Shown here: piece by piece, positions 1-8,998 of the stretch
How the letters are laid out: each line of letters starts with the position of its first letter
How positions within the stretch are numbered: position 1 is the first letter of the stretch
IMG/VR virus record: IMGVR_UViG_2706795104_000001
Coordinates: 1-64,000 of that record
Direction: 5' to 3' (one strand)
From: an uncultured virus (IMG/VR IMGVR_UViG_2706795104_000001)
Lineage: Duplodnaviria; Heunggongvirae; Uroviricota; Caudoviricetes; Herelleviridae
Length of the DNA: 64,000 nucleotides
The notes under the pieces: generated by a model
Database searches by the model: none
Seen by the model: only the letters and a program-made list of their open reading frames with translations
What the model was told of the DNA's origin: nothing
Made by a program: the position numbers and the translations under genes

Positions 1-243
1 GAAAGAGCAAAGTTTGCAGGTGTTGATGACGGTAGCGATGCACATGAACACTACTATGTTGCTAAATCCATGACACGTAAGGATAAAATAGATATGTGTT
101 ATAAAGTAGCAGTATCAAAAGGTGAAGAGATAGAGTGCCCATTTGAAGACATGCTAGAGCACAACCTAGAGAAAGCATTCCTACACTACTTCAGAATATA
201 TTGGGAAAACCACTTTAAGGAGGAGAAAGAATGGCTATTGTAG
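1..243 (+). CDS. hypothetical protein, 5'-truncated by window edge
   Basis: Frame 1 is open from base 1 (ERAKFAGVDD...) to TAG at 241-243, overlapping the next start. Confidence 0.7.
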   Translation, partial: ERAKFAGVDDGSDAHEHYYVAKSMTRKDKIDMCYKVAVSKGEEIECPFEDMLEHNLEKAFLHYFRIYWENHFKEEKEWLL

Positions 244-734
244 GAGACTATATGCTAAATGGTAACTGCACAGTCTGTGGGAAGTATCTACCAAAAGGTA
301 CACTATGTTGTGACAAAATGGTACAGAGTAACTACAATAAGTGGTGGGACGAAATGCAAAAGAAGAAAGAGGATCAGCGACCAGCACTAGTACTCAACGT
401 ACGTAAACGTTCTATCGGGACAGGAGTGAAAGGAATCAGAGAACTCATGCTTCGAGACGGTAAAGCGTACTTCGAAAAAATAGCAGAGAAAAATAAAGAG
501 ATAAGGGAGAAACTAATGAATAAAGAAAAGTATATCTTACGTGTATATAATGAAAAAGGTGCAATGGTACAGGAGCACGAAGAAGCAGAGAAGTACAACA
601 TTATGAACCGAATCTATGTAGCTATTAGCGATCCGAATTTCGTACTACAGGACATGGACATTGTGAAACTAGGTAATGTAAGTGAGAATGATTCACTGAT
701 TATGTACAAAGTAAAAGGACGTTTCGTTCGATAA
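231..734 (+). CDS. hypothetical protein with N-terminal Cys motif
   Basis: 167-aa ORF, AAGGAGG RBS, CxxC...CC. Confidence 0.8.
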   Translation: MAIVGDYMLNGNCTVCGKYLPKGTLCCDKMVQSNYNKWWDEMQKKKEDQRPALVLNVRKRSIGTGVKGIRELMLRDGKAYFEKIAEKNKEIREKLMNKEKYILRVYNEKGAMVQEHEEAEKYNIMNRIYVAISDPNFVLQDMDIVKLGNVSENDSLIMYKVKGRFVR

Positions 735-872
735 ATGGTTAAGTTTAAGATGCCTGTGTGGTTGTGTAGGTTCGGTATTCATAAATGGAAAAACGTAGGA
801 TTGAGCCGTATATACGATGCGACTCATTACAAATGTAGTAGGTGTAACCAAACAAAAATAGAATGGTGGTAG
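735..872 (+). CDS. small Zn-ribbon protein (DUF1660-like)
   Basis: Hand-translated 45 aa: LCRFGIHKW...YKCSRC; abuts the upstream stop. Confidence 0.6.
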   Translation: MVKFKMPVWLCRFGIHKWKNVGLSRIYDATHYKCSRCNQTKIEWW

Positions 873-879
873 GATAACG

Positions 880-1311
880 ATGAGTGATAAAGCCGTAACG
901 TGGTTAATGGATCGTGCAGATAAGTTAGGTGGATTTATTGATGAACTAGCAAAGCAACTAGGAGTAGCTGCTACACATGTGTATGAAGTATTAGTAAAAC
1001 AACAAATGGTAGACGGTATTAGTTTACTAGTAAAAGCTGGTGTATGGCTTGCAATCTTAATCCTCTTGTGGACGTTGATGAATAAACTAGTATTCAAGAA
1101 GTGGAGTAACTTCTACAATGACGATCCGTATGGTTTTGACGCACAGTTTGCACTAGGTGTTGTAACTGTTCTCCTTGCGGTAGTTACTATCTTCTTCAGT
1201 TTCTATATTGTAGACTGGTTAACACTAGGAATCAAGAAACTATTAAACCCTGAATACTACGCACTAGAGGACATTATGACATTTATCAAAGGGCAGGTGG
1301 ATAAGAAATGA
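880..1311 (+). CDS. membrane protein
   Basis: 143 aa with two hydrophobic segments. Confidence 0.8.
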   Translation: MSDKAVTWLMDRADKLGGFIDELAKQLGVAATHVYEVLVKQQMVDGISLLVKAGVWLAILILLWTLMNKLVFKKWSNFYNDDPYGFDAQFALGVVTVLLAVVTIFFSFYIVDWLTLGIKKLLNPEYYALEDIMTFIKGQVDKK

Positions 1312-1454
1312 CACAATTAGAACATTTCATGTACATACGGATTCTATTTCAGGAAGCCGATGGTTATGGACAACTACACAAAGTGTATGATGAACTTACA
1401 GTATACTGTGATAAGTTTAACGCAGACTTTGGACATACAGTAATACTATTATAA
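1308..1454 (+). CDS. small hypothetical protein
   Basis: Hand-translated 48 aa; ATGA overlap; AGGTGG RBS. Confidence 0.6.
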   Translation: MTQLEHFMYIRILFQEADGYGQLHKVYDELTVYCDKFNADFGHTVILL

Positions 1455-1466
1455 GGAGGAAACAAA

Positions 1467-1640
1467 ATGAGATACTTTCTATTTAAATTAGCAGGTGTAT
1501 TAACAATCGGTGCAGGAGGATTCGTTGCGGGATATTCTAAAGGAGTATCCGTTTGGACAGTACTAGGATCAATCTTCTTCTACTTCATTGGACAGTTGCT
1601 GTATGACCAAGCATTCAAGAACCGAAAGGAAGATTACTAA
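1467..1640 (+). CDS. small membrane protein
   Basis: Hand-translated 57 aa; AAGGAGG RBS; hydrophobic. Confidence 0.7.
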   Translation: MRYFLFKLAGVLTIGAGGFVAGYSKGVSVWTVLGSIFFYFIGQLLYDQAFKNRKEDY

Positions 1641-1855
1641 TGAATGACTTTCAAGTATTTGCATTATTGGGAGCTGTAGTTACGGCTATAGTCTTCCTAA
1701 TAGTATTAGTAGTATATAACTTTGTATTCATGTTGAAACTGCCCGCAGTCATTACATTTATTGGTATTGTAGTACTCGGTATATACGCAATATTTGCAGG
1801 GATCGGATATATTGTCCACTTACTAATAAACTTATTCAGTAGAAAGGAGAAATAG
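1640..1855 (+). CDS. small membrane protein
   Basis: 71 aa, two TM segments, TAATG coupling. Confidence 0.75.
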   Translation: MNDFQVFALLGAVVTAIVFLIVLVVYNFVFMLKLPAVITFIGIVVLGIYAIFAGIGYIVHLLINLFSRKEK

Positions 1856-1858
1856 AAC

Positions 1859-2188
1859 ATGGAAAGTGAAAGTTGGAGTCTAGAAGATTTAAAGGACAGT
1901 ACATGTCCTATTTGCGGAAATATCTTTAAAATTGGTGTTACTCATAATGGAAAATACATATGTTGTGAGTGTTTTGATAAAAGGATAGAAGGGGTAGAGG
2001 TAAAAGAAAAGAGATATGTGGAGTTACGTCACGTACAGGAACTTATCAAACTAATGGATCAGCGTAACGGTATCCCTGACTGGGAGTTTGAGAAGTATGA
2101 GAAAGTAAGTAAAAAGGTAAAGAATACCATTGACTGGTTGGAAAGAAATGCAAAACCATATCACGACTTATGGGAGGTAAAGAAATGA
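1859..2188 (+). CDS. Zn-finger hypothetical protein
   Basis: CPIC...CCEC; AAAGGAG RBS. Confidence 0.75.
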   Translation: MESESWSLEDLKDSTCPICGNIFKIGVTHNGKYICCECFDKRIEGVEVKEKRYVELRHVQELIKLMDQRNGIPDWEFEKYEKVSKKVKNTIDWLERNAKPYHDLWEVKK

Positions 2189-2481
2189 CAACAGTAAAAG
2201 CTACATGTATCCATTGTGAAGTAGAAGAAACAGTATCGAAAGATGAATTAAAAGGAGGAAACTGGGCATGTAATGTATGTATAGGAATACAAAGAAATAA
2301 GAGACGTACATATAAGCTACTATTCATGGATCAGGGAATATTCGGGGCAGCTTTACTAGAAGATGTACCACAAGAAGAATTAGGAACAATCATCAATGAA
2401 CTACTGACAGTACATAAAGGAGTTCTACTAGGTTTAGAAGAAATAAAAGATAAACGAGAAGAAACAAAGGTACTACACTAA
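2185..2481 (+). CDS. Zn-finger hypothetical protein
   Basis: CIHC...CNVC; GGAGG RBS; ATG at 2185. Confidence 0.75.
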   Translation: MTTVKATCIHCEVEETVSKDELKGGNWACNVCIGIQRNKRRTYKLLFMDQGIFGAALLEDVPQEELGTIINELLTVHKGVLLGLEEIKDKREETKVLH

Positions 2482-2505
2482 TATAGTATATAGGAGGATT
2501 ATATA

Positions 2506-2892
2506 ATGACAAATGAAAATACAAATGAAGAGAAGAAAGAACTTGAACCGATTGTAGGTCATTTAGTAGTACAGGACGACCCCGTAAAGTTTCTAGATAA
2601 AACAACCCAAGCAATTAAGAATTATACAAAACAAGGGTATGAAGTAGAAACACATTACCAAACAACAGTTGATCCGAAAGCAGGGAGCATTATTACACAC
2701 TCTGCATATCTAGTGGGTAAGTTAAAAGAAACGAAACCTGAAACACCTGAACTAGTAACTGTACATATACCTCATGTCAACCAAGAAGCACTAAGTAAAG
2801 TAGAAGAATGGGTAGAGAGTCATATGGCAACAGGGTATATGCCAAATGGTATATATAATACGATTATGGATTTAATAGATTCAGCAAAATAA
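2506..2892 (+). CDS. hypothetical protein
   Basis: 128-aa ORF, AGGAGG RBS. Confidence 0.8.
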   Translation: MTNENTNEEKKELEPIVGHLVVQDDPVKFLDKTTQAIKNYTKQGYEVETHYQTTVDPKAGSIITHSAYLVGKLKETKPETPELVTVHIPHVNQEALSKVEEWVESHMATGYMPNGIYNTIMDLIDSAK

Positions 2893-2906
2893 ATACAAAA
2901 TAGTAG

Positions 2907-2936
2907 TTGACTAACAAGAAACAATCATGGTACTAT
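2907..2936 (+). promoter_or_regulatory. sigmaA-type early promoter
   Basis: TTGACT-18-TACTAT with extended TG and A-rich UP region. Confidence 0.6.
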
Positions 2937-3699
2937 AACAGTGAGCTTACTAAGAGAAACAACTTCTACTATATAAGTAATAAAAGTGTATGCTAGACAG
3001 AGAACAATATGAAACGTGTAAGCAACAATCTTTAATAGTAAGAGTGAGAACTTCTGTTAAAGCATATATAGAATGGAAAGTATAGCAATACATAATAAAA
3101 ACAAGTATAGTAGAGAGAGTTTCAAATAGAGAGCTTGTAGAAATATAGATACAGTAGGAAAGAATAGTATATAGAGTAAAGGTATCTATATAGTATATAA
3201 GGAATGAGCATATAGAATTATAATAACAAATAAAATGTATAGGAACGAACGAGTTACACCTATATCTATATACACACCCACCCAAAAGTCGATATAGATT
3301 TTAGATTTGTAATTATACTATAGAGCCTTCATGTTTTCAACCATATATACTATATAGTAACACGTTAATAGGTAAGAGTATCAACTATATAGAGTGAGTC
3401 GGAAAATACACGTATTCTTCAAATACCCTGTAGTTAGACATAAGACACACTACACAATACTATATAGGAACGCAAAGCATTAGCATCACTCACACATTCT
3501 GAAATAAACAAAAGGTTCATTGATACTCTTAGAAAAGACTCGTTCACAGTCGAGCCTTGGGCGTGCAAATGAGGTGCGCTATAGACTAGACTTTCATACC
3601 TGCATATATAAATCTATTAGAAGTCCCTTAGTATATAGTAGGAGGATCGGTAGCTTACCCCATAGGCCGCTGATCCTTTTGCTATATTGGTAATGAAAG

Positions 3700-3897
3700 G
3701 TGGAATACATAATGATATCACTTGCGTATACAGTTCACTGTGACGAGTGTGCAGACCAAGAAGCGTTAGTAGCTCAGAAATTGACTGATGCACGATCTGA
3801 AGCTAGTAACTTAGGCTGGACCGCAGAGAAGATGGAAACAGGATCGCAACAATGGTACTGTCCTGACTGCTCCATGAGAAAGATACAACAAGCGTAA
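3700..3897 (+). CDS. small Zn-finger protein
   Basis: CDEC...GW...CPDC; AAAGGTGG RBS (true start probably slightly downstream). Confidence 0.7.
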   Translation: MEYIMISLAYTVHCDECADQEALVAQKLTDARSEASNLGWTAEKMETGSQQWYCPDCSMRKIQQA

Positions 3898-3907
3898 GGC
3901 CGCATAG

Positions 3908-3954
3908 AGACTGTTCCAGTGTAAGTTAATACAATTGCACTAGGGACAGTCTTT
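3908..3954 (+). terminator. hairpin / probable intrinsic terminator
   Basis: AGACTGTTCC...GGGACAGTCT followed by TT. Confidence 0.45.
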
Positions 3955-4067
3955 CTACGTTAATAGAGGGCGTGAGAGCCGTTAAAATTCACGTTAGACT
4001 GGGCCGCATATAATTACTATTATTCCCGATTATTTTAAAATATATTCATTTATTTTCTATTAAGTTG

Positions 4068-4096
4068 TTGACTTTAAGGAAACAATCCTGTATTAT
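4068..4096 (+). promoter_or_regulatory. sigmaA-type early promoter
   Basis: TTGACT-17-TATTAT with AT-rich UP element. Confidence 0.75.
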
Positions 4097-4144
4097 ATAG
4101 GTAAGAGGTAAATAACACATACTATATAAGAGGAGTGAGTTAGA

Positions 4145-4375
4145 GTGATTACTACAGTAGAGAAGCCACAAGTGTTTGACATAGGAGGTATCTATAAGTT
4201 AGAGTTGGTGAAGACAGGATCGGGCTACTGCGGTGAGTATACGATTCTAAAGTCAGGTGCTACATATTCATTCGATGGTACAGGGATGACACGTAGGAAG
4301 ATATTGCAAAAGTTTTGGGATCGGGCTAAGAAAGTTGACCCGAGCATTTCAAATAAGAAAGTAGGAGGAAATTAA
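4145..4375 (+). CDS. hypothetical protein
   Basis: 76 aa, AGGAG RBS, GTG start. Confidence 0.75.
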   Translation: MITTVEKPQVFDIGGIYKLELVKTGSGYCGEYTILKSGATYSFDGTGMTRRKILQKFWDRAKKVDPSISNKKVGGN

Positions 4376-4376
4376 A

Positions 4377-5069
4377 ATGACAAAAACATACAAAGGGTTT
4401 GAAGCGTTAGAGAGAATGATGGACGGTTGGATTAAGAAGGAGAACACGGCATTCAACATCTATCGGTTTGAAGATGGTGTTGTTAAGGCTAAGAGTATAC
4501 TAAACGGTAAGTACATAAATACAACGATCAATATTAACCTATTCTTCAACAATACATTCGTAGACTATGTGGAGCCACTAGCAGTAGGTGACACAGTTAA
4601 AGTTAAATTACTGACTGGGGAACTGTTCGGTGAAGTTGGACAAGTATTCGATGAGTGGGGCAAAACATGGTTCCGTTTCAAAGGTAACAACTCTCCTTAT
4701 AATGTGGACAATGCGATCCGTATTGAGAAAGAGGAGTTGGACTTACTAAAGAGAGAAGCTACATTTAAAGCAGCAGGCCGCCAATTGGACGAGTTCCGTA
4801 AAGGAGATATTGTAGAAATAACAAAGGATGGTGACACATTCACAGCAGAAGTTAGGCAACAAGGTGGCGGATCAGCTAAAATGGTAGAGTACGTAGGATT
4901 ACGTAGCGGTTATAAGTACGGTTGTGATGTGAAACCTATTAAGTTCGTTACATTTGTAGATGCTACTCACCCTGACTATGTTAAGGTTAATCCAGTAGCT
5001 CCCTGCACTGCTCCAATGATGCCAGGTATGGCCGCACCGATTCCACCAATGATGGGAGGTAGACTATAA
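4377..5069 (+). CDS. hypothetical protein with Pro/Met-rich C-terminus
   Basis: 230 aa, AGGAGG RBS. Confidence 0.85.
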   Translation: MTKTYKGFEALERMMDGWIKKENTAFNIYRFEDGVVKAKSILNGKYINTTININLFFNNTFVDYVEPLAVGDTVKVKLLTGELFGEVGQVFDEWGKTWFRFKGNNSPYNVDNAIRIEKEELDLLKREATFKAAGRQLDEFRKGDIVEITKDGDTFTAEVRQQGGGSAKMVEYVGLRSGYKYGCDVKPIKFVTFVDATHPDYVKVNPVAPCTAPMMPGMAAPIPPMMGGRL

Positions 5070-5299
5070 TGGCTAAAAAACCTTTTGCCTGGGACACTGA
5101 GGAATTGATTAAAGAGTCTAGTACACATGAGAAAGTAAAGCATGAAGTATATAAGTGTACGTTAGCAGGATCATCATACGTTGTTATCCTTACTTATAAA
5201 CTTACTAATGAAGGTTGGAAGTTTAAGAAGAATAATACGATGTTGAAAGAAGTATTTGATATTGCGGCCGATGCAGTAGCAGGATCAGACATATGGTAG
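5069..5299 (+). CDS. hypothetical protein, possibly PC4-like ssDNA-binding fold
   Basis: 76 aa; beta-rich pattern ending GWKFKKN. Confidence 0.6.
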   Translation: MAKKPFAWDTEELIKESSTHEKVKHEVYKCTLAGSSYVVILTYKLTNEGWKFKKNNTMLKEVFDIAADAVAGSDIW

Positions 5300-5436
5300 T
5301 CGATTTACCTATACTAGGATTCATGATTGGTTTCATTATCCTGGTCACTGGGAGTATATCATACTGTATTGGTCATAGTCACGGAGTAGATTGGATACTA
5401 GATGAGTGGGAAAAGAAAAGGAGGAGAGATTGGTAA
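5293..5436 (+). CDS. small membrane protein
   Basis: Hand-translated 47 aa with a hydrophobic N-half; coupled to both neighbours. Confidence 0.55.
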   Translation: MVVDLPILGFMIGFIILVTGSISYCIGHSHGVDWILDEWEKKRRRDW

Positions 5437-5762
5437 TGAGTAGCGATATGGGTGTATGTAACTTTTGTGATGAAACGTTTTCAAGATGTGGTGACTTTAC
5501 ATCGTGTGATTGTGGTAAGAGTTGGTGTGATTACTCCTGTGCCGAGGTGGACGGGTTCCGAGTAGAGGGAGATGGTTATACTCCTCTTGGTAGTAGTTGG
5601 GAGCAGGAAACTAGCTGCGACTATTGTAGGAAAGAGGATCATGACGATGATGTACTACTAGAATATGCATTAGAGCTACTAGGTATAACAAGACATAAAC
5701 TAGTAGATAAATACAACGAATCTCGTATAACTACAGTTGATACTATTATCGAGAAACGTTAG
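5436..5762 (+). CDS. Cys-rich metal-binding protein
   Basis: Multiple CxxC motifs; AGGAGG RBS; TAATG coupling. Confidence 0.75.
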   Translation: MSSDMGVCNFCDETFSRCGDFTSCDCGKSWCDYSCAEVDGFRVEGDGYTPLGSSWEQETSCDYCRKEDHDDDVLLEYALELLGITRHKLVDKYNESRITTVDTIIEKR

Positions 5763-5799
5763 TAGCTCCCTGCATCGCCTAATAGAATAGAAGACTAGT

Positions 5800-5844
5800 A
5801 GCTCACTGTGCAGCCGATATTATATCCTATGCAGTGAGCTTTTC
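5800..5844 (+). terminator. intrinsic terminator
   Basis: AGCTCACTG...CAGTGAGCT followed by TTT. Confidence 0.55.
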
Positions 5845-5905
5845 TATTATGTCAATTACTTAGTAGCTCCCTGCACCGTCAATTCGTTTGGCAGCAGGAT
5901 CGCTG

Positions 5906-5979
5906 GATTGTCAGAATATTCAGACTATTTATACTTTGCAGCATTCAGGTTTATAAATGTTCTGACTATTCAGAATTGT
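5906..5979. promoter_or_regulatory. two pairs of overlapping CodY-box-like sites
   Basis: GATTGTCAGAATATT/AATATTCAGACTATT and AATGTTCTGACTATT/ACTATTCAGAATTGT, each pair offset by 9 bp, vs consensus AATTTTCWGAAAATT. Confidence 0.5.
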
Positions 5980-5997
5980 ATTTCGGATCGGATGTTC

Positions 5998-6019
5998 TGT
6001 CAAGTAAATTTACTTTACA
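5998..6019. repeat. 22-bp palindromic operator-like element, copy 1
   Basis: TGTCAAGTAAATTTACTTTACA. Confidence 0.75.
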
Positions 6020-6102
6020 TACACGTTTGATCCTGTTTTGAAATAGATTTAAATTCCCTATAATAGAAGGAAAAGTTTTTTAAATTAATTTTGGTTATAT
6101 TG

Positions 6103-6131
6103 TTGACTTTTGGGCAATATATCTTTAGTAT
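6103..6131 (+). promoter_or_regulatory. sigmaA-type early promoter
   Basis: TTGACT-17-TAGTAT. Confidence 0.7.
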
Positions 6132-6172
6132 AGGTATCAAGCAATACAACAACTTAAAAGGACGTGTGATAC

Positions 6173-6394
6173 ATGAACAATAGTAAAGAGGTTACTTTAG
6201 AAGGTTTTCAAGTTCATATGAAAGAAATGTTAGATAAAATCTTTCTTGCTTTAGATGGTAAAGAAGGAGATATAAATGATTTCGTTGTTAACATCGAATT
6301 TAATGGAAAGCACGTAGCAATGCCAGTACATGCAGACTTGTTTAGCCGTTTAGAAAGATTCATTGAATTAGAAATAGAAGAAAACGAAATGTAA
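6173..6394 (+). CDS. small acidic early protein
   Basis: 73 aa after AAAAGGACGTG RBS. Confidence 0.8.
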   Translation: MNNSKEVTLEGFQVHMKEMLDKIFLALDGKEGDINDFVVNIEFNGKHVAMPVHADLFSRLERFIELEIEENEM

Positions 6395-6415
6395 AAAAAA
6401 AGTTTTAAAATGTTG

Positions 6416-6444
6416 TTGACTTTAAGACAACAAAGGTTTAAAAT
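6416..6444 (+). promoter_or_regulatory. sigmaA-type early promoter
   Basis: TTGACT-17-TAAAAT followed by AGAAATTAAAAAACAAA leader. Confidence 0.8.
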
Positions 6445-6491
6445 GAAGGTAGAAATTAAAAAACAAACTAAATGAAAAGGACGTGTCAATT

Positions 6492-7169
6492 ATGACAGAA
6501 TTAAATTGTAATGAAATGGTTAATCAGTGGGGAAATTTTGGAGATAATAGCCCAATTGAATATGGTACTATCTTTGTAAAGGAAGACGTTGAGCAGGAAG
6601 GATGTTTCTACTTCATTCAAGTTATCAATTTAGAATGGACTATAGGTGAAGACGGTTGGTTTTTAACTAAAGGTTATGTGGATATTAACGATGATTGGAT
6701 TAATTGGAAAGATGTAAAAGAGTTTGCAGGATTCGACAAAACTTGTGAAGACACTGAAAAAGGTTATATGGTTTCTGCATTAGTCGAATATTATGGTTAT
6801 CATGAGTTCGGAGGAGAGCCACTATCTAATGAGTTTGGCGTGGACTTTAACGGAGTTCTAAATGAAGTGAAGAAGGAAGCAGAGGTTATTGCACTATTAA
6901 ATGAATATGATATCATGCTAGAACGTAAAGAGGAAGTATTAAAAACAACTGTTATCTATAATAATGAAAGTGAGTTATTTTACACTATGAAAGAGGACGT
7001 GGAAAGTATTAGTGAAACTGTAGACGGGGAAGGAGTCCTACATTTAGGACAGTACAAACATGATAGAATCGTTGTTAGCGAATCATTAGAACAACTTCAA
7101 ACAATGCTAGAAGGTTATGACGTGGAAATCCTTTCAGATGATGAAGAGGAGGAAGACGACAATGAGTAA
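6492..7169 (+). CDS. acidic early hypothetical protein
   Basis: ATG at 6492 spaced from AAAAGGACGTG RBS; strongly acidic. Confidence 0.85.
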   Translation: MTELNCNEMVNQWGNFGDNSPIEYGTIFVKEDVEQEGCFYFIQVINLEWTIGEDGWFLTKGYVDINDDWINWKDVKEFAGFDKTCEDTEKGYMVSALVEYYGYHEFGGEPLSNEFGVDFNGVLNEVKKEAEVIALLNEYDIMLERKEEVLKTTVIYNNESELFYTMKEDVESISETVDGEGVLHLGQYKHDRIVVSESLEQLQTMLEGYDVEILSDDEEEEDDNE

Positions 7170-7353
7170 TATCTCTATACCTCTTCATGAGATTGAAAGC
7201 TTAATCTCTCAACTAGAAGAACATGCAGAGAATGACAGAGAACTTATGTCAAAAGTCAAAGAGCCTACACTACACTCTAGACTAGAAGCAAAAGTTATGA
7301 CATATGATTATACTATCAAGAAACTAGAATTGATTATAGGAAGGAGTTTATAA
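7162..7353 (+). CDS. small hypothetical protein
   Basis: ATG at 7162 after GAGGAGG. Confidence 0.7.
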   Translation: MSNISIPLHEIESLISQLEEHAENDRELMSKVKEPTLHSRLEAKVMTYDYTIKKLELIIGRSL

Positions 7354-7354
7354 C

Positions 7355-7603
7355 ATGTATAGCGTTCGAGTGTACTTTATACACCCACGAAAAGGCTTGA
7401 TAGTACGCTATCTCACGTTTGATACTTATACAATGGCAATGGACTGTTATTACACGCTAACAGGTGAGAGGGAAAACAAAACATATCCTAAAGACTTATA
7501 TTTCAATCTAGCTACTATCACGCATACGGCAATTGGTGAACTGTTTAATGAGAACTCTATAGAGTGCGAACTATTATCAGAATATCTAGGCAAAACTATT
7601 TAA
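7355..7603 (+). CDS. hypothetical protein
   Basis: 82 aa, AAGGAG RBS. Confidence 0.75.
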   Translation: MYSVRVYFIHPRKGLIVRYLTFDTYTMAMDCYYTLTGERENKTYPKDLYFNLATITHTAIGELFNENSIECELLSEYLGKTI

Positions 7604-7624
7604 TCATTTTAGGATCGGCTTTTG

Positions 7625-7648
7625 GTGTCAAGTAAATTTACTTGACAC
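7625..7648. repeat. perfect 24-bp palindrome, operator-like element copy 2
   Basis: GTGTCAAGTAAATTTACTTGACAC. Confidence 0.8.
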
Positions 7649-7680
7649 TGAACACCTAAAAAATTCTTTTTAAAATGTTG

Positions 7681-7709
7681 TTGACTTACAAGCAACAAAG
7701 GTTTATACT
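7681..7709 (+). promoter_or_regulatory. sigmaA-type early promoter
   Basis: TTGACT-17-TATACT followed by AGAAATTAAAAAACAAA leader. Confidence 0.8.
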
Positions 7710-7751
7710 GAGTATAGAAATTAAAAAACAAATTAAAAGGTGGTTATTCAA

Positions 7752-8105
7752 ATGACAAATACAAATACTTATAACGGTTGGGCAAACAGAGAAACATGGT
7801 TAGTTAACTTACATTTTGGGGAAGAATTGACATCTTATATCGTAGAACAAGCAACGGACGGTATAATTGATTTAACACAAGATGAGGGAACAATCAGAAC
7901 TGAAATAGAAGGTAATTGCTCTGAATACCTTGATATGATTCTAGAAGAGGAATTAAACGGTTTAGGAAGCTTCCTTACTGACTATCTTGATTTAGGTAGA
8001 ATTGAGTGGGATGAAATTGCAGAGGTTATCTATAGCGATGACATTAAAAATATGATTGACGAACTAGAAGCAAGTGAAGAAGAAGAGGAGGAGGAAGAAG
8101 AGTAA
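7752..8105 (+). CDS. acidic phage protein with YNGWxNxETWLV motif
   Basis: Conserved-looking N-terminal motif, poly-Glu tail, AAAGGTGG RBS. Confidence 0.8.
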   Translation: MTNTNTYNGWANRETWLVNLHFGEELTSYIVEQATDGIIDLTQDEGTIRTEIEGNCSEYLDMILEEELNGLGSFLTDYLDLGRIEWDEIAEVIYSDDIKNMIDELEASEEEEEEEEE

Positions 8106-8136
8106 AAACTCTTCTCCTTCAAAGGAGGGTATAACA

Positions 8137-8349
8137 ATGACAAAACCGATGACATGGAAACAACAACATTTATTAAACCAATTAGGAAACGTATTAACCG
8201 ATTTATCAGAAGAGTGTATGAAGGATGAAAACTTTCATGAAATTATGATTGACAATAACGATATTATTCCGATGTCTTTAGACGAACTAGCTTTTGAGTG
8301 GTTTGCAATAGCACAAGGGATGGAAAGAGAAAGGATTGATAAGAAATGA
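8137..8349 (+). CDS. small hypothetical protein
   Basis: ATG at 8137 after AAGGAGG. Confidence 0.75.
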   Translation: MTKPMTWKQQHLLNQLGNVLTDLSEECMKDENFHEIMIDNNDIIPMSLDELAFEWFAIAQGMERERIDKK

Positions 8350-8459
8350 AAGAGTTCGTGAAAGAGAATTTAAAAGGTAGTTTACGAGTATTGGTATACG
8401 GTACTATTGGTTACTTATTAATGGTATTATATTCTATCTTGATTGTGAAAGGAATGTAA
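8346..8459 (+). CDS. small membrane peptide
   Basis: Hand-translated 37 aa, ATGA overlap, one TM segment. Confidence 0.55.
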   Translation: MKEFVKENLKGSLRVLVYGTIGYLLMVLYSILIVKGM

Positions 8460-8463
8460 GGCA

Positions 8464-8646
8464 ATGGAAGAAAGAGATAAATTATATAAAGCATTACTTG
8501 ATGACTTAGAAAGCGAACGTTCTCATGCTTATATGGATTTAAACTATACTAAGGATAGGGAAGAGGAAAGAGTCATAAACGACTTTATTGATAGACTAGA
8601 AAGCGAGATAGAAGCAATAAATAAAGTTAAAAGAATGTATGACTAA
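8464..8646 (+). CDS. small hypothetical protein
   Basis: 60 aa, AAAGGA RBS. Confidence 0.7.
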   Translation: MEERDKLYKALLDDLESERSHAYMDLNYTKDREEERVINDFIDRLESEIEAINKVKRMYD

Positions 8647-8672
8647 AACTAAATGAAAAGGACGTGTATATT

Positions 8673-8957
8673 ATGTTAGCATTATCAGAGTGGAAAGACA
8701 TATTAAGAAACCTAGCAGAGGAAGGAGAAGAGGTTGAAGTCGTATGGTTAGAAAGCACTAATGAATATGTACTATGTCATGAGTCGGAACTCTTTGAAGA
8801 TGGATTCAAGACAGAGGAGGACGCAAATGCAAGGCTAGAAGACATATATAAACAACTGTCAGATAGTGAAGAGTTTAAAGCATATGACAATGCTAGTTAT
8901 AATAGATATCAAGATATGATGAGAGAAGCAGGACATAAAGAAAGTGACTTCATGTAG
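8673..8957 (+). CDS. acidic hypothetical protein
   Basis: ATG at 8673 after AAAAGGACGTG RBS. Confidence 0.8.
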   Translation: MLALSEWKDILRNLAEEGEEVEVVWLESTNEYVLCHESELFEDGFKTEEDANARLEDIYKQLSDSEEFKAYDNASYNRYQDMMREAGHKESDFM

Positions 8958-8975
8958 AAGTCGCTTTTTTCTTTT
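8942..8975 (+). terminator. intrinsic terminator
   Basis: AAGTGACTTC-ATGTA-GAAGTCGCTT plus T-tract. Confidence 0.65.
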
Positions 8976-8998
8976 GTTCATTTTAGGATCTGAATTTC

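Noticed and set aside
2950-3285. 111-aa reverse-strand ORF
   Set aside because: Low-complexity Y/I/S/T product of the TATAG-rich tract; no RBS
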